Source of the DNA: Myxococcota bacterium
Lineage (GTDB): Bacteria; Myxococcota_A; Polyangia; Polyangiales; Sandaracinaceae
Direction: 5' to 3'
Assembly: GCA_036149055.1 (NCBI GenBank)
Contig: JAYZQJ010000158.1
Location: forward strand, 1-50,457
Length of the DNA: 50,457 nucleotides
In this document: piece by piece, positions 25,645 to 37,477 of the stretch
Layout: each line of letters opens with the position of its first letter
Position numbering within the stretch: position 1 is the first letter of the stretch
Notes under the pieces: model-generated
The model's input: only the letters and a program-made list of their open reading frames with translations
Databases searched by the model: none
Told to the model about the DNA's origin: nothing
Program-made: the position numbers and the translations under genes

Positions 25645-28206
25645 GTGAAGCTACGTTTCGCCATTCCGATCCTGCTGACGAGCGCGTCGGTGATGTTCTG
25701 CGCGCTCGGCCTCGCCGCGGCCCAGCCGCAGCGGCCGCAGGTGCGCATCCCGCGCCCCGGTCAGGTGCCGCAGGTGCAGGAGCAGGGAGACGACGAGGCG
25801 CCCCGCCCCGCCGGCAAGCTGCGCCCCTTCCGCACCGGGCTCGAGGATCGGCCGAGCAGCCGCGTCCCCCCGGGCGCCCGCGTCGACTTCACCCTCGAGG
25901 ACGCCGACCTGCCGGACCTCGTGCGCATGATCAGCCGCATCACCGGGAAGCGCTTCATCCTCCCGGGCAAGGCGCGCTCCATCAAGGCGACCGTCGCGAG
26001 CGAGGCTCCCGTCACCGCGGCCGAGGCCTACCGGGCCTTCCTCTCCATCCTCGAGCTCAACGGCATGACGATCGTGCCGTCCGGCCGCTACCTGAAGATC
26101 GTCGAGACCTCGGGCGCCGAGAGCCAGCCGCTGCCGCTCTACACGGACGGCGAGGCCACGCCACGGGACGATCGGTACGTGACCCGGATGCACCGCGTGC
26201 AGAACGTCTCGGCGGAGGACGTCGCGACGCTGCTCGGGCGCTTCAAATCGCGGGAAGGCAACATCACCGCGTACGCCCCGACCAACACGATCATCATGAC
26301 GGACACGGGGACGAACATCCGGCGGATGCTGCGCATCCTGCAGGAGATCGACGTCCCACGGACCGGCGAGCAGATATGGATCGAGCCGATCCACTACGCG
26401 AACGCGGCGGAGATGGCCGCGCGATTACAAGAGATCTTCCCGAGCGCGGGCGGGGGTAGCGGGGGCGGCACCGCCTCCAAGGCGACCCCGACGCCCAGAC
26501 GCGCGACCCCACGAAGACCAGGCCAACCGGCGCAGGCGGCGGCGGCCGCGGGCCCGACCACCGTCGGCTCGCGGAGCGGCGAGAGCCGGATCACCAACAT
26601 CATCCCGGACGAGCGGACCAACTCGCTCATCATCCTCGCGACCGAGCGCGCCTACCTGCGCATCCTCGAGGTGATCCGGGCGCTCGACATCCCCGTCGAG
26701 GGTGAGGGCTCGATCCACGTCCACCAGCTGCAGTACGCCGACTCCGAGCAGATGGCGACGACGCTCCAGAGCCTGGTCGGCGGGGGCGGCGGCGCGAGCG
26801 CGAGCAAGCGGGCCACCAAGCAGGGCGGGGCCACCGCGGCCGCGGGCGGCACCGGCGGCCCGTCGTTCGAGGGCGACATCGCGGTGCAGGCGCACAAGGC
26901 GACCAACTCGCTGCTGATCACCTCGTCGCTGCACGACTACGTCGCGCTCCGGCGCGTGATCCAGCGGCTCGACGTCTCGCCGCGGCAGGTCTTCATCGAG
27001 GCCGTGATCATGGAGCTCAGCGTGCAGCGCTCGAGCAGCCTCGGCCTCTCCTTCCACGGCGGCGTGCCGGACGCCCCCGAGGAGGGCGCCCTGAGCCTCT
27101 TCGGCTTCGAGGCGCAGACGAGCGCGCTCGATCCGAGCAGCCTGCTCACCGGCCTCGCGGTCGGCATCCGCGGGCCCGAGGTGCCGCAGTCGGCGCAGCT
27201 GCTCGGCGTCTCGATCCCGTCGTTCGGCGTGGTGCTCAACGCCATCGCGAACTCGGGCGACGTCAACGTCCTCTCCACGCCGCACATCATCGCCATGGAC
27301 AACATCCAGGCGGAGATCACCGTCGGCGCCAACGTCCCGCTCCAGACCTCCGGCCTGCTCGGGCTCGGCGGGGCGGGCGGCGGCCTCGGCGCGCTCGCGG
27401 GCGCGGCCGGGCAGCAGGGCGGCGCGGCGGGTCTCGCCGGTCTGGCGGGCCTCGGCGCCCTCGGCGGCGGCCTCGGCGGCCTCGGCGGCGGCGTCCAGCG
27501 TCAGAACGTCGGCACCACCATCCGCATCACGCCCCACATCAACGACGCGGGCGAGATCCGGATGGAGATCGAGGAGGAGATCTCCGAGGCCGGCGAGGCG
27601 CAGGGCACGCTCGGCGTGGTCCCGATCAACCAGCGCATCGCCAAGACGCAGGTGGTCGTGCGCGACCAGGAGACCATCGTCATCGGCGGCCTGATGCGCG
27701 ACCGCGTGTCGACCAGCGAGGACAAGATCCCGATCCTGGGCGACATCCCGCTCCTCGGCGTGCTCTTCCGGCGTCAGTCGACGACCACGCAGAAGACCAA
27801 CCTCCTGCTCTTCCTGACCCCGTACATCATCCGCTCGCCGGCGGACCTGCGCGCCATCTTCGAGCGCAAGATGCGGGAGCGGCAGGAGTTCATCGACCGC
27901 TACTTCGTGTTCAGCGACTCCGGCTACACGCCGGCCACCGACTACTCGCGCACCCGCGGGCTCGTCGGCGAGATCCTCAACACGATCGAGGCCGAGGCCG
28001 AGCGGCAACGCCTGATGCAAGAGATGGAGTCACGCCCGCCGCCGGAGCACGTGCCGCGGCCGCCGATCGGTTCGGCGCCCTTCGACTCGACCGAAGGCGA
28101 AGAGGGCGGCGTGCTGGTCATCGGCCCCGACGGCGACGAAGGGGTGGAGACGCCGGAGGGCGTGATCGAGTCCAACGTCGAGGTCGAAGAGACCAGCGAA
28201 GAGTGA
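25645..28206 (+). CDS. gspD: T2SS secretin GspD
   Basis: GTG 25645 with GGAG RBS. N-domains (DERTNSLII) and secretin domain (QVFIEAVIME, LSTPHI, DKIPILGDIPLLGVLFR, NLLLFLTPYII). Confidence 0.95.
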   Translation: MKLRFAIPILLTSASVMFCALGLAAAQPQRPQVRIPRPGQVPQVQEQGDDEAPRPAGKLRPFRTGLEDRPSSRVPPGARVDFTLEDADLPDLVRMISRITGKRFILPGKARSIKATVASEAPVTAAEAYRAFLSILELNGMTIVPSGRYLKIVETSGAESQPLPLYTDGEATPRDDRYVTRMHRVQNVSAEDVATLLGRFKSREGNITAYAPTNTIIMTDTGTNIRRMLRILQEIDVPRTGEQIWIEPIHYANAAEMAARLQEIFPSAGGGSGGGTASKATPTPRRATPRRPGQPAQAAAAAGPTTVGSRSGESRITNIIPDERTNSLIILATERAYLRILEVIRALDIPVEGEGSIHVHQLQYADSEQMATTLQSLVGGGGGASASKRATKQGGATAAAGGTGGPSFEGDIAVQAHKATNSLLITSSLHDYVALRRVIQRLDVSPRQVFIEAVIMELSVQRSSSLGLSFHGGVPDAPEEGALSLFGFEAQTSALDPSSLLTGLAVGIRGPEVPQSAQLLGVSIPSFGVVLNAIANSGDVNVLSTPHIIAMDNIQAEITVGANVPLQTSGLLGLGGAGGGLGALAGAAGQQGGAAGLAGLAGLGALGGGLGGLGGGVQRQNVGTTIRITPHINDAGEIRMEIEEEISEAGEAQGTLGVVPINQRIAKTQVVVRDQETIVIGGLMRDRVSTSEDKIPILGDIPLLGVLFRRQSTTTQKTNLLLFLTPYIIRSPADLRAIFERKMRERQEFIDRYFVFSDSGYTPATDYSRTRGLVGEILNTIEAEAERQRLMQEMESRPPPEHVPRPPIGSAPFDSTEGEEGGVLVIGPDGDEGVETPEGVIESNVEVEETSEE

Positions 28207-28216
28207 GAAACCAGTC

Positions 28217-28248
28217 ACGCGCGGAAGGAAAGACGTCCTTCCGCGCGT
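28217..28248 (+). other. Perfect 13-bp intercistronic hairpin between gspD and gspE
   Basis: ACGCGCGGAAGGA-AAGACG-TCCTTCCGCGCGT. Confidence 0.75.
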
Positions 28249-28260
28249 CGGGAGAGACGA

Positions 28261-30207
<1,947 letters not shown>

Positions 30208-30210
30208 CCC

Positions 30211-31437
30211 GTGGCGGTGTACGAGTGGCGCGGCATCACGACCGCCGGCAAGGAGGTCAAGGGGACCCGCGACGCGGACAACCCCCGCTCGCTCCGCACG
30301 CTGCTCCGCAAGGACGGGATCCTCGTCACGGAGGTGCTCGAGGAGTCGGAGGCCCGCGTCAAGAAGGCGCGCGAGGTCGACTTCGGCCGCTACTTCCGGC
30401 GCGTCAGCGCGCTCGACCTCGCGCTGGCCACCCGGCAGCTCGCCACGCTGCTGCGCAGCGGCGTCCCGCTGGTCGAGTCGCTCAGCGCGCTGACCGAGCA
30501 GCTCGAGAAGCCGGAGCTCAAGAGCGCCTTCACGGTGACGCGCGACCGCGTCAACGAGGGCTCCAGCTTCGCCGACGCGCTCGGTCAGCACCCCAAGATC
30601 TTCAAGCCGCTCTTCGTGCACATGGTCGGCGCGGGTGAGGCCTCGGGCACGCTCGAGGTGGTGCTCGCGCGCCTCGCCGACTTCCTCGAGAACCAGGCGA
30701 AGCTCCAGAACACGGTCGTCGGCGCCCTCGTCTACCCGGTGATCATGCTCGGCATGACCCTGCTGACGGTGGCGATCATGATGATCGTCGTCGTGCCGAA
30801 GGTCACCGCGATCTTCGAGGACTTCGAGCAGGCCCTCCCCTGGTACACGCTGGCGCTGATCGGCGTCTCGGACTTCCTCAGCGGCTACTGGTGGTTCCTC
30901 GCCATCCTCGCGGTCGGCGGCGGCTACGGCTTCCAGCGCTGGCGCTCCACCGACAAGGGCAAGGCCAAGTGGCACGCCTTCATCCTCGACGTGCCGCTCT
31001 TCGGCAAGCTCAACCTCATGGCGTCGGTGGCGCGCTTCTCCCGGACGCTCGCCACCCTGCTCTCGAGCGGCGTGCCGCTGCTGCGCGCGATGGAGATCAC
31101 CCGGAACGTGCTCGGCAACGTCGCGCTCGAGAAGGTGATCGAGGACGCGCGCAACTCCATCCGCGAGGGTGAGAGCATCGCCCAGCCGCTCAAGCGGTCC
31201 GGTCGGCTCCCGCCGATCGTCACCCACATGATCGCGGTCGGTGAGCGCTCCGGTCAGCTCGAGGAGATGCTCGAGAACGTGGCCGACAGCTACGAGCAGC
31301 AGGTCGAGTCGCGGGTCACGGTCATGACCTCGCTGCTCAACCCGCTGCTCATCCTCGTCCTCGGCGGCATGGTCGTCTGCGTGGTCTTCCCGATCCTGAT
31401 CCCGCTGATGAGCATCAACGAGTTCGTGGCGGGGTGA
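30211..31437 (+). CDS. gspF: T2SS inner membrane protein GspF
   Basis: TRQLATLLRSGVPL, GEASGTL, ALVYP and GERSGQLEEML; two GspF domains. Confidence 0.95.
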   Translation: MAVYEWRGITTAGKEVKGTRDADNPRSLRTLLRKDGILVTEVLEESEARVKKAREVDFGRYFRRVSALDLALATRQLATLLRSGVPLVESLSALTEQLEKPELKSAFTVTRDRVNEGSSFADALGQHPKIFKPLFVHMVGAGEASGTLEVVLARLADFLENQAKLQNTVVGALVYPVIMLGMTLLTVAIMMIVVVPKVTAIFEDFEQALPWYTLALIGVSDFLSGYWWFLAILAVGGGYGFQRWRSTDKGKAKWHAFILDVPLFGKLNLMASVARFSRTLATLLSSGVPLLRAMEITRNVLGNVALEKVIEDARNSIREGESIAQPLKRSGRLPPIVTHMIAVGERSGQLEEMLENVADSYEQQVESRVTVMTSLLNPLLILVLGGMVVCVVFPILIPLMSINEFVAG

Positions 31438-31440
31438 TGG

Positions 31441-31878
31441 GTGGCGCTCATGGCTCGACGGCGACGCGCTCCACGGTCCATCTCGCTCCCCTGGGAGCGC
31501 AGGGGGGCGTGGATCCGCGAGCTGCTCGCCGGCCGCCGCTGGAAGGTGCTGCTGGCGGCCCTGCTGGGACTCGCCATCCTGTACGGAGTGGGCCGCGCGG
31601 CGGAGCAGCGCCAGCGGGAGCGCGAGACGCGGGCCGCCATCGCGGAGATCAAGCGGGGGCTGGCCGCGTTCCGCGCGGATCTGGGCCGCTGCCCGCACTC
31701 CCTGCACGAGCTGATGCACCCGCCGCGCAGCGGCCGACGCTATCTCCGGCGGGTGCCGGTGGACGGTTGGGGCAACGCCTTCTTCGTGAGCTGCCCCGGA
31801 CGCTACGACCCGGAGGGCGCGGACGTCGCCAGCGCCGGGCCGAGCGGAAACTTCTTGATCGACGACAACATTCAGTGA
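31441..31878 (+). CDS. GspG-like (T2SSG domain) protein without prepilin cleavage motif
   Basis: TM followed by VPVDGWGN..PG...DVASAGPSG...DDNIQ; no G-(F/M)TLxE. Start may be ATG 31450. Confidence 0.7.
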   Translation: MALMARRRRAPRSISLPWERRGAWIRELLAGRRWKVLLAALLGLAILYGVGRAAEQRQRERETRAAIAEIKRGLAAFRADLGRCPHSLHELMHPPRSGRRYLRRVPVDGWGNAFFVSCPGRYDPEGADVASAGPSGNFLIDDNIQ

Positions 31879-31886
31879 GGAACCCC

Positions 31887-32288
31887 ATGAACGTTCGAAA
31901 CGCACGCGTCCGCGCGATGATCCGTCGAGGCGCTCGCCGCCGCGAGGGCATGACCCTCGTGGAGATCATGATCGTCGTCATCATCATGGCGCTCATCGCG
32001 ACCGCGGTCGGCGTCGCGGTGCTGCCGCGCCTCGAGCAGGCGAAGATCGAGGACACCCGGGCGGGCGCGCAGTCGATGCGCAGCGCCGCGGTGATGTACG
32101 TCGCCGAGAACTCGGGCTCGGACTGCCCCGCGGTCGAGGACCTCACCGAGGGCGGCTACCTCGACTCCGGGCGCCGCACGACCGACGCCTGGGACAACGA
32201 CTTCGCCATCGAGTGCGAGGGCGGCGACGTGATCGTGATCAGCGCCGGGCCCGACGCGCAGATGGGCACCGAGGACGACATCCAGTAG
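31887..32288 (+). CDS. gspG: Major pseudopilin GspG
   Basis: REG-MTLVEIMIVV; DAWDN...SAGPDAQMGTEDDIQ; GAGGA RBS. Confidence 0.85.
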   Translation: MNVRNARVRAMIRRGARRREGMTLVEIMIVVIIMALIATAVGVAVLPRLEQAKIEDTRAGAQSMRSAAVMYVAENSGSDCPAVEDLTEGGYLDSGRRTTDAWDNDFAIECEGGDVIVISAGPDAQMGTEDDIQ

Positions 32289-32294
32289 GGCGCC

Positions 32295-33056
32295 ATGGCG
32301 GCTTCGTGGACGGCAGAGGGCTCGCTCGTCTCGCTTCGGCGGGGCGGCGGAGCCGTCCGTCGTTCGCGGGTGACGCGGCGGCGCGGCATGACCCTGATCG
32401 AGGTGATCGTCGTCGTGATCATCGGGGCCCTCGCGGTCACCGGCGTCACCTACGGGATCAGCTCGATCACCCGCGCCAACCTGCGCTCCGGCGCCATGAC
32501 CTTCGCCGCCGCCTCGCGCTTCGCCTACGGGCGGGCCATCTCCCAGAACGCGACCGTCCGGCTCAAGCTCGACTTCGAGTCGAGCCAGATGAGCTTCGAG
32601 GAGGCCCACGGCAACGTCACCCTCGCGCGGGTCGGCGACGCCACGCGGGAGGACCTCGAGGAGCAGGACGGCGAAGACGGCGCGGCCGTCGATCCGTGGG
32701 AGGCGGCGCGGGCGCGGCTCGAGGACACCCTCAACCCGTCGTTCGGCGCCTCGCCGTTCAGCGCCATCCCCGGCCGACGCTACGAGGCCCGCCCGCTCGC
32801 CGACGGCGTGCGCATCGTGCGCCTCTTCGTCCCGCACGAGCCCGAGCCGCGCGAGACCGGGACCGGCGCCGTCTACTTCTTCCCGGGCGGCCAGACCGAG
32901 CACGCGGTGCTCTGGCTCGGCGACTCGGACGACCGGATCTACTCCGTCGAGATCCACCCGCTGACGGGGCGCGCCCAGGTCTACGACTACGCGTACGAGC
33001 CGGAGGAGCTGCTCGACGACGGCCAGGGGCGGACGCGCTCGGAGGTGCGGGACTGA
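32295..33056 (+). CDS. gspH: Minor pseudopilin GspH
   Basis: RRG-MTLIEVIVV and YFFPGG motif. True start may be GTG 32370. Confidence 0.75.
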   Translation: MAASWTAEGSLVSLRRGGGAVRRSRVTRRRGMTLIEVIVVVIIGALAVTGVTYGISSITRANLRSGAMTFAAASRFAYGRAISQNATVRLKLDFESSQMSFEEAHGNVTLARVGDATREDLEEQDGEDGAAVDPWEAARARLEDTLNPSFGASPFSAIPGRRYEARPLADGVRIVRLFVPHEPEPRETGTGAVYFFPGGQTEHAVLWLGDSDDRIYSVEIHPLTGRAQVYDYAYEPEELLDDGQGRTRSEVRD

Positions 33057-33742
33057 TGCGCAGGAAGATCCTCGGCGCCTTCACCCTCCTCGAGGTCATG
33101 GTCGCGGTCGCGATCCTCGGCATCGCGCTCACCGCCATCTTCTCGAGCGAGGCCGGCGCGGTGCGGGCCGGCGTGCGCTCGCGCCAGATGTCGGTCGCGA
33201 CGCTCCTCGCCCGCTGCAAGATGGGCGAGATCGAGGAGCAGATCCTCCGCGAGGGCATGCCGGCGGTGAGCGACGACGGCCGGGACGAGTGCTGCGAGGG
33301 CGGTGAGCAGCCCGGCTTCCGCTGCGAGTGGTCGGTCGAGCGGATCGAGCTCCCGGAGGCGCTCGACATGGGCGCCGACGACCCGACCAGCGCGCTCGGC
33401 AGCCTCACCGGCGACCACGAGGGCGACAGCGCGAACCCGGCCGACATGCAGAACGCGCTGGCCGGCGCCGCGGGCGGCGACGCGCTCGGCTCGTTCGCGA
33501 TCCAGTTCGCCTTCCCGGTCCTGCGCCCCGCCATCGAGGAGCAGGTGCGGCGCGCCACGGTCACGGTCTTCTGGGCCGAGGGTCAGGAGGAGCGCTCCTT
33601 CGACGTCGTCCAGTACCTCGTCGCCGACCAGGGCTCGATGACCGCCGCCGACGATCCCTCCGGCGCCACCCCGGCCGGCCAGACCGGCACCCCCGGCACG
33701 CCGTCCATCCCCAGCATCCCCCTGCCCGGAGCCCAGCGATGA
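33056..33742 (+). CDS. gspI: Minor pseudopilin GspI
   Basis: TGATG coupling; ILGA-FTLLEVMVAVAIL; VRRATVTVFW. Confidence 0.75.
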   Translation: MRRKILGAFTLLEVMVAVAILGIALTAIFSSEAGAVRAGVRSRQMSVATLLARCKMGEIEEQILREGMPAVSDDGRDECCEGGEQPGFRCEWSVERIELPEALDMGADDPTSALGSLTGDHEGDSANPADMQNALAGAAGGDALGSFAIQFAFPVLRPAIEEQVRRATVTVFWAEGQEERSFDVVQYLVADQGSMTAADDPSGATPAGQTGTPGTPSIPSIPLPGAQR

Positions 33743-34431
33743 GAGACGGGCGGAAGGGCATGACGCTCATCGAGATCATGGTCGCGATCACGATCCTCGC
33801 GATCGTCTCGACCGTGATCTTCGGCGGCTTCTCCACGACGATGCGCAACAAGACGCGCCTCGAGGAGATGGCCGACCGCAGCCACGTGATCCGCGTGGCC
33901 ATGGAGCGCATGGTCGCCGAGCTCGCGCAGGCCTACGTGTCGATCCAGGTCAACCCGAACCCCGCGCTCCAGACGATGAACACCTGCTTCATCGGCGGCC
34001 GGAGCGGGCGCGGTCACCGCATCGACTTCACGAGCTTCAGCCACCGCCGCCTCTACCGCGACGCGCACGAGTCGGATCAGAACGAGCTGAGCTACTTCGT
34101 CACCGAGCACCCCGACGGCGACGGCTACGTGCTCGCGCGCCGCGAGGACAACCGGCCCGACGAGGACCCGCAGAGCGGCGGCACGACGATGATCCTGGTC
34201 GAGGACGTGCTCGACTTCGAGGTGGAGTACTTCGACCTCGCGACCGGCGAGTGGACCGACACCTGGGACACTCGCGAGATCACGGCGCAGCCCAACCGCC
34301 TCCCGCTCCAGGTGAAGATCGCGCTGACCGTCGAGGACGAGCGCGCCCCGAGCGACCGCCGCACGTACATGACCCGCGCCGAGCCCCGGAACACCTGGGC
34401 CCTCAACCACGCCATCTACATCGCCCGATGA
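33739..34431 (+). CDS. gspJ: Minor pseudopilin GspJ
   Basis: ATGA overlap; RKG-MTLIEIMVA; C-terminal W.DTWD....LPLQVKIAL. Confidence 0.8.
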   Translation: MRDGRKGMTLIEIMVAITILAIVSTVIFGGFSTTMRNKTRLEEMADRSHVIRVAMERMVAELAQAYVSIQVNPNPALQTMNTCFIGGRSGRGHRIDFTSFSHRRLYRDAHESDQNELSYFVTEHPDGDGYVLARREDNRPDEDPQSGGTTMILVEDVLDFEVEYFDLATGEWTDTWDTREITAQPNRLPLQVKIALTVEDERAPSDRRTYMTRAEPRNTWALNHAIYIAR

Positions 34432-35888
34432 CCCCTCAGCTCCAGAGCTCGTCGATCCTGGGCCTCGGGGGCTCGATGGACTCGCGCGCGCGCGACCTCC
34501 GGGCGCCCCACCCCGGCGCGGTGCGACGCGGCGCGGGCGCGCGCGAGAAGGGCATCGCGCTCATCCTCGCGGTCATCGCGATCATGATCCTCGCGGTGGT
34601 GCTCTCGGACATGCACGAGAACAGCGCGACCAGCTACGCGCTCGCCACCACCCAGCGCGACCGGCTGCAGGCCGAGTACATGGCCAAGAGCGGGCTCAAC
34701 CTGACGCGCATGCTCATCGGCAACGAGCAGCCGATCCGTCAGGCGGTCGCGCCGTTCTACCAGGCAGTGCTCCAGCGGCCGCCGCCCCAGCTGCCCATCT
34801 GGAGCTACGCGAACGACATCCTCGCGCCCTTCTGCAACTACGAGGCGGCGCAGGGCAACATCGACATGACCGGCGTCGACTTCAGCGCGGCGACCGGGCT
34901 GGGCGACACCCGCGGCAGCTGCGAGATCATCGCGTTCGCGGAGAACAGCAAGCTCAACCTGAACAACCCGCTGCACATGGGCGGCGACCGGGGCCGGCTG
35001 AACGTCGCGCAGCAGGTCTTCGCGATGACCGGCGGCTACCAGGCGTCCAGCCCCTACGACCCGCTCTTCGAGCGACGCGACGCGGACAACCAGATCACCA
35101 CCCGGCTCGACATCGTCAGCGCGCTGATCGACTGGTGGGACTACGACACCCAGCGCACCGTCTTCGACCCGGGCGCGAACAGCGTCGACAGCAACTCCGG
35201 CGCCGAGGACGACGTCTACGCGCGCTTCCGCGACCCGTACGACGTGAAGAACGCGCCCTTCGACACCCTCGAGGAGCTCCGCTACATCCGCGGCGTCGGG
35301 GACGACTTCTGGGCGACCTTCGTCGAGCCGGACCCCGAGGATCCGCGCAGCCGCCGGATCACCGTCTACGGCTCGGGCAAGGTGCACATCAACGAGGCCG
35401 AGCCGGCGGTGCTGCTCGCCCGCACGTGCGCCATCCTCGTGGACCAGCCCCTCTGCACCAACCCGGCCGAGGCCGCCAAGTTCATCCAGATCATCGGCAC
35501 CGCGCGCTCGCTCGCGCCGATCCCCTGGTTCGGGAACATCCCGGACTACATCCAGTTCCTCCGGGGCCAGGGCGACCGCGGCGAGCTCCGCCCGATGCTC
35601 GAGTCGGTGCTCGGCAGCGACAACGCGCTGCTCCCCGCCCCGGTGACCGTCTCGCCCGAGGCCGAGCGCATGTTCCATCAGGGCTTCGTCACCGGCGCGG
35701 GCATCATCTTCATCCAGTCGACGGGCCGCGTGGGCAACTGCGACGAGATGAACGAGGACGCCGTCGGCCGCTGCACCTCCATCCGCTTCCGGTCGGTCGT
35801 CAACTTCGACCCGCCCTGGACTCCACCGCCGCCGAACGCGGGCTCGATGCCGCGCATGGGCGTCTACCACCACTTCAGGATCGACTGA
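34428..35888 (+). CDS. gspK: Minor pseudopilin GspK
   Basis: EKG-IALILAV (no E+5), ENSKLNLN, ALIDW.D.D, KNAPFDTLEELRYIRG and HINEA. Confidence 0.85.
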   Translation: MTPQLQSSSILGLGGSMDSRARDLRAPHPGAVRRGAGAREKGIALILAVIAIMILAVVLSDMHENSATSYALATTQRDRLQAEYMAKSGLNLTRMLIGNEQPIRQAVAPFYQAVLQRPPPQLPIWSYANDILAPFCNYEAAQGNIDMTGVDFSAATGLGDTRGSCEIIAFAENSKLNLNNPLHMGGDRGRLNVAQQVFAMTGGYQASSPYDPLFERRDADNQITTRLDIVSALIDWWDYDTQRTVFDPGANSVDSNSGAEDDVYARFRDPYDVKNAPFDTLEELRYIRGVGDDFWATFVEPDPEDPRSRRITVYGSGKVHINEAEPAVLLARTCAILVDQPLCTNPAEAAKFIQIIGTARSLAPIPWFGNIPDYIQFLRGQGDRGELRPMLESVLGSDNALLPAPVTVSPEAERMFHQGFVTGAGIIFIQSTGRVGNCDEMNEDAVGRCTSIRFRSVVNFDPPWTPPPPNAGSMPRMGVYHHFRID

Positions 35889-37477
35889 TGGCCACCATTC
35901 TCGGTCTCGACATCGACCCCCAGACCGTGCGCGCGGTCGCGGTCCGCACCGCGCTGCGCAAGACGGAGATCGTCGGCTACTACCAGCAGCCCATCGAGCC
36001 GCTGCCGCCCCCCGAGGAGGGCGAGGGCGGCATCGCGATGACCGACGCCGAGCCGGAGGACGCGCAGCTCGCGGCCGTGCGCCGCGCCATCCGCGGCGTG
36101 CTCGGCAGCCTCGCGCAGCCGCCGGACAAGGTGATCACCGAGCTGAGCGGCGACGAGGTCTCGATCCGCAAGGCGTCGCTCCCCGCGAAGGCGGCCAAGA
36201 AGCTCGACGAGCTCCTCCCCTTCGAGCTCGAGGGCAAGGTGCCCTTCGACATCACCGAGTCGATCGTCGACCACCAGCCGATCGAGACGGTCGACGGCGA
36301 GCTCCGGATGCACGCCGCGGTCGTGCCGAGGGAGCGGATCGCGGCGCACCTCGGCGAGATGCGCATGCTCGGCCTCGAGCCGCGACACGTCGCGGTGGGC
36401 GCGGTGGCGCTCGACGGGCTGGTCCCGCTCGTGCCGCAGCTGACCACGCCCGGGCCTCACGCCCTGATCGACATCCACCCCGAGGGCACCGACGTCTGCA
36501 TCCTGATGAACGGCGTCTGCCACTTCGCGCGGACGCTCTCGGTGACCATCGCCGACCTCGACGCGGGGCGCCAGTCGGTCCTCGAGCGCGAGCTGCGCCA
36601 GACCATGGCCGCCTGGCGCATGGAGGGCGGCTCGAGCCCGAGCACCTTCTTCGTCTGCGGGCAGATGGCGATCCGCCCCGGCACCGACGCCTGGCTCGGC
36701 CAGATCGTCGGCGCGCCGGTCGAGACCCTGCAGCTGCCGCAGGCGCCGGGCGCGGACGAGGCGGTCCGGCCGGCCTTCGCGCGGGCGGCCGCCCTCTCCG
36801 GGCGCGCGCTCGCTCGCGGCAAGCACCTCGACGCGCGGCAGGGCCCCTTCGCGACCAAGCAGGCGGCCACCGCGCTGCGTCAGCACCTGCCGCTCATCGC
36901 CAGCTGCGCGGCCGCGATCGTCGCGTCCTTCATCTTCTCGAGCTACGCGCGCTACTCGGTGCTCGAGGCCCGACACCAGCAGCTCGAGGATCAGCTCGCC
37001 GAGGTCACCCAGGAGTACTTCGGGGTGGAGGCCCGCAGCCCCGAGACGGCGCTCCTGCAGCTCTCGCGCGGCGCGCGCGGCGACGACCCGATGCCCGAGT
37101 TCGACGCCTACGACGCGCTCGAGGCGCTGAGCGCGGCGATCCCGACCGAGGTCACCCACGACGTGCGTCAGCTCCAGATCGACCTGGGCGACGGCGACGA
37201 GACCGGGCGCTTCTCGCTCCGCGGCAGCGTCGACAGCGTCAGCGACACCGAGCTGGTCGTGCAGTCGCTCCGCAACCACCGCGTGATCCGCACCGAGGGC
37301 GACACCGAGACCCGGCTGCAGTGCTTCCACGAGCTCGACCTCGGCAACACCACGGCCACCGCCGAGGAGCGCCGGAGCTACCGCCTGGAGGGGCAGATTC
37401 GGTGCGTGCCCGAGGGCCAGGAGCTCGATGAAGAAGAGGGCAGCCGGCGGGGCCGCCGCGGCCGGAGGAACGACTGA
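35888..37477 (+). CDS. gspL: T2SS GspL (PilM-like cytoplasmic domain plus TM)
   Basis: ILGLDI N-terminus, LPFELEGKVPF and a single TM; operon position. Confidence 0.8.
   Translation: MATILGLDIDPQTVRAVAVRTALRKTEIVGYYQQPIEPLPPPEEGEGGIAMTDAEPEDAQLAAVRRAIRGVLGSLAQPPDKVITELSGDEVSIRKASLPAKAAKKLDELLPFELEGKVPFDITESIVDHQPIETVDGELRMHAAVVPRERIAAHLGEMRMLGLEPRHVAVGAVALDGLVPLVPQLTTPGPHALIDIHPEGTDVCILMNGVCHFARTLSVTIADLDAGRQSVLERELRQTMAAWRMEGGSSPSTFFVCGQMAIRPGTDAWLGQIVGAPVETLQLPQAPGADEAVRPAFARAAALSGRALARGKHLDARQGPFATKQAATALRQHLPLIASCAAAIVASFIFSSYARYSVLEARHQQLEDQLAEVTQEYFGVEARSPETALLQLSRGARGDDPMPEFDAYDALEALSAAIPTEVTHDVRQLQIDLGDGDETGRFSLRGSVDSVSDTELVVQSLRNHRVIRTEGDTETRLQCFHELDLGNTTATAEERRSYRLEGQIRCVPEGQELDEEEGSRRGRRGRRND

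Noticed and set aside
33056..33100. Ala instead of Gly at -1 of the GspI cleavage site
   Set aside because: Ala at -1 is a tolerated variant, and FTLLE with Glu+5 is intact.
34075..34087. Third GATCAGAACGAGC match to the ECF promoter motif
   Set aside because: It lies inside gspJ coding sequence (DQNE), lacks the CTCCAC element and has no start codon at the expected distance.
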